DNA of 42,346 nt, from NCBI GenBank assembly GCA_016204805.1, contig JACQKA010000044.1, positions 1-42,346 of the forward strand. The letters run 5' to 3'. The translations under genes were made by a program, and so were the position numbers. The notes beneath the pieces are model-generated. The model saw nothing but the letters and a program-made list of their open reading frames with translations. It searched no databases and was not told the origin of the DNA. Below, in pieces: positions 1 to 6,893 of the stretch (position 1 is the stretch's first letter; every line of letters begins with the position of its first letter). This stretch comes from Candidatus Kaiserbacteria bacterium. GTDB taxonomy: Bacteria > Patescibacteriota > Minisyncoccia > Phycocordibacterales > UBA2100.

Positions 1-2
1 AC

Positions 3-113
3 GATCTCGATGGATCCTTTTCCGCGCTCAAGAAAAAACTTGCCGCTCACCATGGATTGCGCAAAGATCGCCGCTACAAAGTGATCTCGGAATTGCTGAA
101 ACGCGCCCGCTAA
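3..113 (+). CDS. 3' end of an unidentified CDS entering from the left window edge (ends ...RKDRRYKVISELLKRAR, TAA 111-113)
   Basis: Frame 3 is open from the window edge to the TAA. The C-terminal tail is basic. No family recognised. Confidence 0.3.
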   Translation, partial: DLDGSFSALKKKLAAHHGLRKDRRYKVISELLKRAR

Positions 114-114
114 T

Positions 115-459
115 CTAGCAACCCGTTTCTTTCTTTAAACCGCCTTGGTTGACGACGATATCAAATGGTTTTTCGAAGGGATTGAAGTTGATTTCCTGCC
201 CAACGAGACCTATCTGCGCTTTAGCAATTTCCGGCTCTTTGTCGATGTCGTGGCCGAATACCGATACTGATCCCTCGGTCCTATTCACCAAACCGGTCGC
301 AATACCGATGATGGTTGTTTTGCCGGCGCCGTTGGGACCGAGGAGCGCATAAAAATCACCGGCAGGGACGGTAAGCGAAACGTTACTGAGCGCCTTGGTC
401 CCATTTGCGTATGTTTTCGACAGATTTTTGATCACCAGTGCGGGCGTATTGTCGTTCAT
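115..459 (-). pseudogene. Truncated ABC transporter ATP-binding protein (N-terminal ~114 aa only)
   Basis: MNDNTPALVIKNLSKTY...LLGPNGAGKTT (Walker A) ...IGLVGQE, then the frame stops. There is no ABC signature (LSGGQ) and no Walker B. The start is taken at internal ATG 459. The stop lies 1 nt from the stop of the convergent ORF fragment. Confidence 0.55.
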
Positions 460-609
460 GATGGCGATACTAGCATTAAAAAATGAAATTTGCAGTGTGT
501 ATGCAAAAATTGCGCTCATGCTTAACCGCCCATTCATTTCGCTTTGCTACAGTGCGTGTGGAGGTCGATCGATCACAATGTTACCAGCATCGATAACACT
601 CTAATCTGT

Positions 610-726
610 ATGGCAACAAAAAGTTCAAGCAAACGGGGCTTTGCCGCAATGGATCCTGAAAAGCAGAGAATGATCGCCGCGAAAGGTGGAAGGGCAAGCC
701 ATGGCGGGCATGGCCGCAGTCGCTAG
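610..726 (+). CDS. Small KGG-repeat stress-induced protein (38 aa)
   Basis: MATKSSSKRGFAAMDPEKQRMIAAKGGRASHGG matches the GFAxMDPExQRxIAxKGG motif of the KGG stress-protein family. A terminator follows. Confidence 0.55.
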   Translation: MATKSSSKRGFAAMDPEKQRMIAAKGGRASHGGHGRSR

Positions 727-746
727 CAAGATTGTCCGCATTGTAG

Positions 747-775
747 AAAACCGGCTCTGTGCGAGCCGGTTTTCC
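747..775 (+). terminator. Rho-independent terminator
   Basis: Stem aaaaccggctc / gagccggtttt with loop tgtgc, followed by a T run. Confidence 0.7.
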
Positions 776-818
776 TTCTACCCTAAAAGCCCCCAGCGCA
801 GCTGGGGTGTACGTTTAC

Positions 819-893
819 TGGTGCCCTCGGCCAGAATCGAACTGGCATCGCCTCCTTCGGAGGGAGGCATCCTATCCATTGAACGACGGGGGC
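819..893 (-). tRNA. tRNA-Arg (anticodon CCG), CCA encoded
   Basis: The reverse complement GCCCCCGTCGTTCAATGGATAGGATGCCTCCCTCCGAAGGAGGCGATGCCAGTTCGATTCTGGCCGAGGGCACCA folds as a cloverleaf. Anticodon stem is CCTCC/GGAGG with loop CTCCGAA. T loop is TTCGATT. There is one C-A mismatch in the acceptor stem. Confidence 0.85.
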
Positions 894-902
894 GTTTTTC
901 GG

Positions 903-976
903 TGGTGGACCTACCGGGAATCGAACCCGGGATTCAACTATGCCATAGTTGTGTGTTACCACTATACTATAGGCCC
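903..976 (-). tRNA. tRNA-Ala (anticodon GGC), CCA encoded
   Basis: The reverse complement GGGCCTATAGTATAGTGGTAACACACAACTATGGCATAGTTGAATCCCGGGTTCGATTCCCGGTAGGTCCACCA folds as a cloverleaf. The G3:U70 alanine identity pair is present. Anticodon loop is ATGGCAT. Confidence 0.85.
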
Positions 977-1680
977 ATTTTGCTCCATCGTTGGTAGTGT
1001 AGCTTCTCAAGCTGATTTGCCAAGCATTTCAAATCGAAATCCGCATCGGCTGAGAAATAATCGATACGACACACTCCCTTATACTCTTTCTTTTTTGTGG
1101 GCTTCCCCACAGTTCGTTGGTCAATCTGTGCTTTATAAAATTGTGTTGCGGGGACTTTTGTTGTGCGCAACCAAAATCTCTCCAATTTTTTGACATTTTG
1201 ATCGGCCCTGCATTGTAGCGTCACGCGTAAACGACTTTCATCAACAGAAAAACAGGCTCGCAGAAGTGATAAGAATAAAAGGACAATATGAGGGTCTGAA
1301 TTTCCAAACACCATAGAGCCATGCTTGCGCTTTCCTCCTTCTGCAAGGTACAACATTGCCAACGCAATTTTCTGAGCGTAGTGGTTTTGAGACATATGTC
1401 GACACACTACCAGATTGCTCTCGATGAATGCTCGTTCTCTACGAGCACGCTCCACTCTTCTTTTTTGCAGTGAAATGCTTCTACCTCGTTCCAAATTTTT
1501 AAGCTGCATGAGTGCGATACGATTTTTTGCAGCTTCGGATATGATGAGTCGGCGAAACCAAAAGAACATTGTCGATTTCGGCACCTTAATCCCAAGGGCA
1601 TGACAAATTTCGGGATACGTTTTTCCCTGAAGACGCAACGCCTGCGCTTCCTCTCGTTTCTCATTCACTGACATGACCAT
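967..1680 (-). CDS. LAGLIDADG-type homing-endonuclease-like protein with N-terminal HTH
   Basis: Start taken at MVMSVNEK (ATG 1680 or 1674), not at 1830. N-terminal HTH: LRLQGKTYPEICHALGIKVPKST. Core ALAMLYLAEGGKRKHGSMVFGNSDPHIVLLFLSLLRACF resembles a single LAGLIDADG motif plus the following helix. The last 10 nt overlap the 5' end of tRNA-Ala. The region looks lower in G+C than its flanks. Confidence 0.55.
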   Translation of the reverse strand: MVMSVNEKREEAQALRLQGKTYPEICHALGIKVPKSTMFFWFRRLIISEAAKNRIALMQLKNLERGRSISLQKRRVERARRERAFIESNLVVCRHMSQNHYAQKIALAMLYLAEGGKRKHGSMVFGNSDPHIVLLFLSLLRACFSVDESRLRVTLQCRADQNVKKLERFWLRTTKVPATQFYKAQIDQRTVGKPTKKKEYKGVCRIDYFSADADFDLKCLANQLEKLHYQRWSKMGL

Positions 1681-1745
1681 ATAGTACACTAGATGTATAC
1701 ATGGCCGTAGGGTTATCAACAGTCTATTGACTTTGCGAGATGGTA

Positions 1746-1770
1746 ACGGGTTCGACCCCCGTCCGGTCCA
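1746..1770 (+). other. tRNA-like 3' fragment (T arm plus 3' acceptor strand), no matching 5' half
   Basis: ACGGG-TTCGACC-CCCGT followed by CCGGTCC-A. It resembles the 3' end of the neighbouring tRNA-Ala (CCGGG-TTCGATT-CCCGG-TAGGTCC-A). I could not fold an anticodon or D arm upstream of it. Confidence 0.4.
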
Positions 1771-1779
1771 CAGATTTCG

Positions 1780-1788
1780 TGCTATAGT
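1780..1788 (+). promoter_or_regulatory. Extended -10 box TGcTATAGT, 6 nt before ATG 1795
   Basis: tgctatagt-tttttt-ATG. Same geometry as about 11 other starts in the window. Confidence 0.4.
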
Positions 1789-1794
1789 TTTTTT

Positions 1795-2010
1795 ATGCCA
1801 AACGAAAACCTTGATGCGCGGGCAGACCAACTCGAAAAGAAAATTGACGCGATTTATGTATCGGTAGAAAAAACGCGCAAGTACATCCTAACGACCATAA
1901 TCGTAACCATCCTCGTTGTGGTCTTGCCGGTCATAGGTCTTTTCTTTGCGATCCCGTCATTTATGGGTACCTACAGTCAGCTGAACAGCGCATTACAGGA
2001 CGGTTACTAG
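1795..2010 (+). CDS. Hypothetical small membrane protein (71 aa)
   Basis: Charged N-terminal helix, then one hydrophobic span (ILTTIIVTILVVVLPVIGLFFAIP). Preceded by a leaderless-type -10 box. Confidence 0.5.
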   Translation: MPNENLDARADQLEKKIDAIYVSVEKTRKYILTTIIVTILVVVLPVIGLFFAIPSFMGTYSQLNSALQDGY

Positions 2011-2016
2011 GCCCTT

Positions 2017-2151
2017 GGCCGCACACCAATCGGAGCACTGTTGCCACGTGTTTTCGGAATTTAATTGCAGCACAGTGAATTGCTCCCTTGCGAGCGACCG
2101 AATCATACTGTCCAATGCAATAAAACATTGTGCTCCGATTGGTGTGCGGCC
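2017..2151. repeat. Long-stem element E1: 22-bp perfect inverted repeat enclosing 91 nt, upstream of rplU
   Basis: ggccgcacaccaatcggagcac (2017-2038) is the exact reverse complement of gtgctccgattggtgtgcggcc (2130-2151). Confidence 0.85.
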
Positions 2152-2188
2152 TTGCATTCAGCCAGAATATGGCTACAATGCCTTCATC

Positions 2189-2503
2189 ATGTCAAAAATG
2201 GCAGTTATAAAGACAGGCGGCAAACAATACCTCGTGCAGGAAGGGGACGTGCTTTCCGTTGAAATGTTGGGCAAAGACACTGGATCCAAGGTCACTTTTG
2301 ACGACGTACTTCTCCTCGACGACGGTGCGGCAACCAAAGTAGGCGAGCCGACCGTCAAGGGCACAAAAGTTGCCGCAGAAGTCATCGAAACCGGTCGTGG
2401 CAAAAAGATTAACGTCATCCGCTACAAACAAAAGAGCCGCTATTTCAAAAAGCGCGGCCATCGTCAGCCCTTTACGAAAGTGAAGATAACCTCCATCGCA
2501 TAG
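2189..2503 (+). CDS. rplU: 50S ribosomal protein L21
   Basis: MSKMAVIKTGGKQYLVQEGDVL...RYKQKSRYFKKRGHRQPFT is the typical L21 signature. The start could be 2189 or 2198. The long ORF-track extension from 2015 is rejected. Confidence 0.9.
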   Translation: MSKMAVIKTGGKQYLVQEGDVLSVEMLGKDTGSKVTFDDVLLLDDGAATKVGEPTVKGTKVAAEVIETGRGKKINVIRYKQKSRYFKKRGHRQPFTKVKITSIA

Positions 2504-2507
2504 TAGA

Positions 2508-2536
2508 GAAGCCCGCAATGTTGCGGGCTTCTTTTC
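2508..2536 (+). terminator. Rho-independent terminator after rplU
   Basis: Stem gaagcccgcaa / ttgcgggcttc followed by tttt. It abuts the stop of the convergent maiA. Confidence 0.75.
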
Positions 2537-2537
2537 G

Positions 2538-3215
2538 TCACTTCGGCGCGTCCGGCTGATTCTCCGGCGCTGCCTTTTGGAATGCTTCCATCTGCATGCA
2601 GTTTTCGTAGATCCGCCTGATGTTTGGATATGGTTCCAAATCACAGCCGAATCGTTTTGCATTGTACACCTGCGGTATCAGACAACAGTCTGCGAGCGTA
2701 GGTTTATCGCCGAAAGAAAACCCGTCGCCATAGAACCTGGTCATTCCTTCGTAGGTCGCAAATCCTTCTGCAATCCACCGACAGCACCATGCATCAGCGT
2801 CCAAGCTGTAACCGCGCATTCTCATTTCCTGCAAGCTACGTGGATTCTGCAATGGATGCACATCGCACGCGATGATCTGCGCCATCTGCCGGACATGTGC
2901 TCGACTTGCCAAAAAACATGTATCCGGTAACAAAATTGCTCTTGGGTATGCTTCCTCCAGATAATCAATGATCGCAAGTGATTGCGAAATGATCAGTGGC
3001 CTTCCCGTGATAGGGTCAGGAATAACCTCAATGAGTGTCGGTATTAATCCCTGCGGATTAATGTCGCGATACCATTGAGAATTCTGTTCATTCTTGAGCA
3101 GATTCACGGAGTGAATGGTATGATTCAGTCTCTTAAGGTTGAGCGCAATGCGCACGCGATACGAAGCCGAACTGCGCCAATACGAGTATAGGACTCGCTC
3201 TGCTGTTTCTGTCAT
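2538..3215 (-). CDS. maiA: Maleylacetoacetate isomerase (GST zeta class)
   Basis: LYSYWRSSASYRVRIALNLK, INPQGLIPTL, SQSLAIIDYLEE, HPLQN, ADCCLIPQVYNAKRF and PENQPD all match the GSTZ/MaiA pattern. Confidence 0.85.
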   Translation of the reverse strand: MTETAERVLYSYWRSSASYRVRIALNLKRLNHTIHSVNLLKNEQNSQWYRDINPQGLIPTLIEVIPDPITGRPLIISQSLAIIDYLEEAYPRAILLPDTCFLASRAHVRQMAQIIACDVHPLQNPRSLQEMRMRGYSLDADAWCCRWIAEGFATYEGMTRFYGDGFSFGDKPTLADCCLIPQVYNAKRFGCDLEPYPNIRRIYENCMQMEAFQKAAPENQPDAPK

Positions 3216-3340
3216 GAGGGTCTCCTTTTCTCTGGCATCAAAATACCATGTTATATGCGAATGTCAAACCGCGTGTGTATTCGACATCAGCGCTCCTGCA
3301 TTGTACAGTCTATTGAGCAAATATTGAGGAGGAGCGGTCG

Positions 3341-4432
3341 ATGACTAAAGACAGTTTTCCCATTCTCGGGATAGACTTGGAATTCTTTGTGAGATCAGCA
3401 CAAACGACTGCGCAATTTCTCGTGGACATTTTTGGATTCACTGAAGTGGCATATGCCGCTCGCACATATTCCACGTCACGACTGTTGGTGCAGAATGACA
3501 TTCGATTCATCGTTACTGAAGGATCGGGTGCCGACTCGCCAGTAGCACAACACGTAGCAAAGCACGGTGATGGCGTGCGCGACATCGCGTTCCGTGTTCC
3601 GGATGTGCGTGAGGCATACAAAAAAGCAATGCTACGCGGTGCAATCGCGCACATGCCGCCGCATTATGAATGCGACCACTATGGCACGGTGGTGTGCGCG
3701 GCGATCCGGACGTATGGCGACACGATACATTCGCTGGTGGAGCGTACTAGGTATAGCGGACTGCACTTGCCGGGCTTCGAAGCGGTCTGGTCATCGCCGA
3801 ACCCAGGTATCGGTCTCATCACCATCGATCATATGGTGGGTAATGTCGAACGCGGTCAAATGAATCGGTGGGTGAAGTATTACGCAGACGTGATGGGGTT
3901 CACCAATCTCATCAGCTTCACCGACAAAGACATCAAGACCGAATACACCGCGCTCATGAGCAAAGTGATGCAAAACAGCACTGGCAAGGTGAAATTTCCC
4001 ATCAACGAGCCAGCAAGTGAGAATAAGTCGCATGTCGATGAGTATCTCCATTACAATGGCGGGCCGGGCGTACAGCACATCGCCATGGAGACAAAAGACA
4101 TCGTGACAACCGTGCGGACATTGCGCGAACGTGGTGTCGAATTTTCAACCATTCCGCGTAAGTATTACGACATCGTTCGCAAACGCTTTGCCGATGTCGA
4201 ACGTGTTGACATCGACACACTCGCAGAGCTCAGCATTCTCGCCGATCGCGATCCGGACGGATATATGCTACAGATATTCACAAGACCTGTTGTGGACCGA
4301 CCGACGCTCTTTTTCGAGATCATCGAACGGCAGGGTTCACAGAGCTTCGGGCACGGGAACTTCCAAGCCCTCTATGAAGCAAAGGAGCTTGAGAAAGCGG
4401 AACGTGAGCAAGCCGAACGCGGTACGCTCTAA
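3341..4432 (+). CDS. hppD: 4-hydroxyphenylpyruvate dioxygenase
   Basis: Two VOC-fold modules. HIAMETKDI, LLQIFT and the C-terminal FFEIIERQGSQSFGHGNFQALYEA are typical HPPD motifs. SD gaggagg lies upstream. Confidence 0.9.
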   Translation: MTKDSFPILGIDLEFFVRSAQTTAQFLVDIFGFTEVAYAARTYSTSRLLVQNDIRFIVTEGSGADSPVAQHVAKHGDGVRDIAFRVPDVREAYKKAMLRGAIAHMPPHYECDHYGTVVCAAIRTYGDTIHSLVERTRYSGLHLPGFEAVWSSPNPGIGLITIDHMVGNVERGQMNRWVKYYADVMGFTNLISFTDKDIKTEYTALMSKVMQNSTGKVKFPINEPASENKSHVDEYLHYNGGPGVQHIAMETKDIVTTVRTLRERGVEFSTIPRKYYDIVRKRFADVERVDIDTLAELSILADRDPDGYMLQIFTRPVVDRPTLFFEIIERQGSQSFGHGNFQALYEAKELEKAEREQAERGTL

Positions 4433-4439
4433 ACATAAA

Positions 4440-4463
4440 GCCCCGTCCAAACTTGGACGGGGC
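4440..4463. terminator. Bidirectional hairpin between hppD and the FAH gene
   Basis: Stem gccccgtcc / ggacggggc with loop aaactt. T-rich on the plus side. Confidence 0.65.
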
Positions 4464-4470
4464 TCTTCTT

Positions 4471-5253
4471 TTAAGGAGTGGGCATCTCGATGACCTCAAC
4501 GGTGTTACGAAGCTCGCCGAGACCGTCGACTTTCATGACGATCTCATCGCCATGCTTGAGCCATGGATATATGTCACTGCGTTCCGCGATACACCCATTG
4601 CCAATTGTGCCGGAGCCGAGAAGGTCACCCACCTCGAATCCCTGATTCATTTTGCCGAACCACGTGATAGTTTCGGCGAACGACCAGTTGCGCAAGGAAC
4701 TGGTAACCGGATCTTTGAAGTAGATACTGTTAAAGTGACTCTGGCACCGTGGACGGCCATTCACGGAAAGCTCCATTTCGATGCAGAACACCCCGGCGGC
4801 GTCCATTCCGAGATCTCGTCCATATGCGCATGTAGTACCGAAACTTTTGTCGGCGATTCCTTTGGAGTTTGAAACGCCAAGCGGAAGCAATGAATCCTCT
4901 TTCTGAAAGTCGCGGCAACTGCAATCATTCATAATGCAGAACTTCATGCCACCATTTCCCATATGATCTATCGCCTCCGCGATATCAGTCGTCTTAATGC
5001 CCTGAAGAAATATTCCTACCAGCTCAAACTCATAATCTTTTTTCTTGACGAACGACGGGAATCGTATTGTCTGTCCACTCGTTCGCATCTTTTCAAGCTC
5101 AAGCCGTAACGCATAGAAATACGGCCGCCTATACCACGCATCAGGCACATTCTCACCACGCCGCTCGCGTATCTGCCGCATGTGTGTTTCGAATCCGATG
5201 GTATCGCGTAAGTAGCGTGTACCCCATCCTGCAGGGTGATCAAATCTATTCAT
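4471..5253 (-). CDS. Fumarylacetoacetate hydrolase (FAH) family protein, probable fumarylacetoacetase of the homogentisate pathway
   Basis: C-terminal FAH-fold pattern (GDLLGSGTIGNG, GDEIVMKVDGLGELRN). Sits between hppD and hmgA. This is the short FAH form, so the exact substrate is inferred from context. Confidence 0.7.
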   Translation of the reverse strand: MNRFDHPAGWGTRYLRDTIGFETHMRQIRERRGENVPDAWYRRPYFYALRLELEKMRTSGQTIRFPSFVKKKDYEFELVGIFLQGIKTTDIAEAIDHMGNGGMKFCIMNDCSCRDFQKEDSLLPLGVSNSKGIADKSFGTTCAYGRDLGMDAAGVFCIEMELSVNGRPRCQSHFNSIYFKDPVTSSLRNWSFAETITWFGKMNQGFEVGDLLGSGTIGNGCIAERSDIYPWLKHGDEIVMKVDGLGELRNTVEVIEMPTP

Positions 5254-5333
5254 GTGGAGCTCCCGTGCTCATTATTGACTAACTTCAATCTATACAATAG
5301 ATTTAACACAGTTGCAATAATAGGAGATGGAAC

Positions 5334-6539
5334 ATGAAAAAGTACACGGATGAATTCCCGTGGCGATATGCGGCGGCTAAGGGGAAGGAGTTATTGCTGC
5401 AGGGAATGGACGGTTCGCCCAAAGGTCGCTACCGCGCTGGCAAGGCGGCAGGATTCGACATCGAGATGGTGTTGAGTGAATCACCAACGGTTGTGAAGGG
5501 CATCACACTGCTCCCCACGCAGGACATTGTCTCACGACAAGGGGCGGTGTTGCCGCGCGCTTTCGATATCCGTACAGTGCCAGAACGTGAGAGTTGGACA
5601 TCGCTTTTTATCGGGCAACACACCCGCATTAATGCATATGTGTTTGATGTTGGGTCACGACTTATTCGAGACCATGATGCGGACCATGTCTGGTTTGTAT
5701 ACAATGGCTCCGGCATCTGTTACACAGACTATGGAAATTTCGGGTACCGCGCTGGCGATTTCATTTACGTACCACGCGGCACACTCACCTGCTTGACGGC
5801 ACGCAGCGGGGGTACTCGCATGATCGGCATCGAAAGCACCCAAGGCTTCCGTAAACGTGCTCGGTCAGTGTATGACAATATCATGGTGCCGTATAATGAG
5901 TTTGTAGTATCGTTGCCGATACCAGAGTACGTTGAAGATAGCGAAGAACTTCGAACGGTCTTGGTGCGTCGCGGCGGACAATGGAGCGAAATCACATACG
6001 CGTACACGCCGTTCTTGTGCCTCGCGTGGCAGGGAACGCCGTATCCGTTTGCGATCCACTCGAGCAAATTGAACCTGCCGTACGTGGACTCCATTCACCC
6101 GGATCCATCGAATTTTGCCGTGTTTGTCTCACCGGATGGTTCGGCAATGATATCAGTGCTGGGTTCGAGGCGAGTACATTCATTGCCATATGACCACGCG
6201 AATCCTTTAACTGAAGTACTTTTCTACGCAAAGGAATATGATGCGCGAAAGGGAAGTGACGGCGGTGTTGGCGAAAGTGGTACCGCGACCGTGCACCCCA
6301 TGGGTGTATGGCACGGGCCGCAGATGGCTGCGTTCGAGAACTGGAAGAAGCCGGCGTCTCCGAAAGATCTGCCATACATCGATGATCTTGCCATCATGTT
6401 CGAAACAGCCGATGCGCTCTTTCCGACGCTCGATGCAAAAGAAACGCTCATTCCCGGATATGAAAACTCCTGGCTTAGGAGTTGGGAAGAATATCAGTCG
6501 CGTCACCCAAAAGGCATGGGTGGCGTCGGTGGTTGGTAG
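5334..6539 (+). CDS. hmgA: Homogentisate 1,2-dioxygenase (short form)
   Basis: Cupin pattern DHDADHVWFVYNGSG...GDFIYVPRGT. Also LAWQGTPYPF, HPDPSNFAVF, LPYDHAN..TEVLFYAKEYDARKG and TVHPMGVWHGPQ, which align with canonical HGD metal-site motifs. Confidence 0.75.
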   Translation: MKKYTDEFPWRYAAAKGKELLLQGMDGSPKGRYRAGKAAGFDIEMVLSESPTVVKGITLLPTQDIVSRQGAVLPRAFDIRTVPERESWTSLFIGQHTRINAYVFDVGSRLIRDHDADHVWFVYNGSGICYTDYGNFGYRAGDFIYVPRGTLTCLTARSGGTRMIGIESTQGFRKRARSVYDNIMVPYNEFVVSLPIPEYVEDSEELRTVLVRRGGQWSEITYAYTPFLCLAWQGTPYPFAIHSSKLNLPYVDSIHPDPSNFAVFVSPDGSAMISVLGSRRVHSLPYDHANPLTEVLFYAKEYDARKGSDGGVGESGTATVHPMGVWHGPQMAAFENWKKPASPKDLPYIDDLAIMFETADALFPTLDAKETLIPGYENSWLRSWEEYQSRHPKGMGGVGGW

Positions 6540-6560
6540 TGTCAAGGTGTCACCTTGACA
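6540..6560. repeat. 21-nt palindrome tgtcaaggtg-t-caccttgaca directly after the hmgA stop
   Basis: Perfect 10-bp arms. The 18-nt core recurs at 38437-38454 and 42151-42168. Confidence 0.8.
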
Positions 6561-6574
6561 TAGGAACGAAGCAA

Positions 6575-6608
6575 CCCCGTCTCGAACCAGTTCGAGACGG
6601 GGTTTTTG
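6575..6608. terminator. Bidirectional rho-independent terminator
   Basis: Stem ccccgtctcgaa / ttcgagacgggg with loop ccag, followed by ttttt. Confidence 0.8.
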
Positions 6609-6614
6609 TGCGGC

Positions 6615-6839
6615 TCATCTCCCAATCTTTTTCTTGATTTCACTCAAGACGTATAACGTTGAAAGGTTGTCGTACATTCGAGTGGCTGTGTAAAGAAATG
6701 TCGCCACACCAAACCACAACGACCCGCTGATGCTACTGGTGATCATGTAAGTACCCGCGACCACACAGATCCCGACAACAGCCGCTGTCATCACGCGGCC
6801 GATGACTAGATGAGCAAGAGCTTCCATAGGGTCCTCCAA
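6615..6839 (-). CDS. Hypothetical small membrane protein (74 aa)
   Basis: Two hydrophobic spans. Upstream on its strand are TATAAT and an SD (ggagg). Confidence 0.5.
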   Translation of the reverse strand: MEDPMEALAHLVIGRVMTAAVVGICVVAGTYMITSSISGSLWFGVATFLYTATRMYDNLSTLYVLSEIKKKIGR

Positions 6840-6893
6840 ACATTCGCCACGACGCGGAACACTATGGTGATTATACGTTCAAATATGCAAAAG

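Noticed and set aside
1719-1730. 12-mer acagtctattga shared between the tRNA-like region (1719-1730) and the hppD upstream region (3305-3316), with a similar caatagat at about 5300, as a possible common operator
   Set aside because: Exact 12-mer repeats are expected many times by chance in 42 kb. The third site is only partially similar, and there is no dyad symmetry.
1703-1770. A complete tRNA on the plus strand
   Set aside because: Only the T arm and 3' acceptor strand fold. I could find no 5' acceptor partner and no anticodon or D arm in any register.
967-1830. Full 287-aa version of the endonuclease ORF starting at 1830
   Set aside because: The first 50 codons run through the tRNA-like fragment and the intergenic promoter region. 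The protein-like sequence begins at MVMSVNEK (1680).
2015-2188. N-terminal extension of rplU back to 2015
   Set aside because: The extension is Cys-rich, covers the E1 inverted repeat, and is absent from L21 proteins, which begin at M(x)AVIKTGGKQY.
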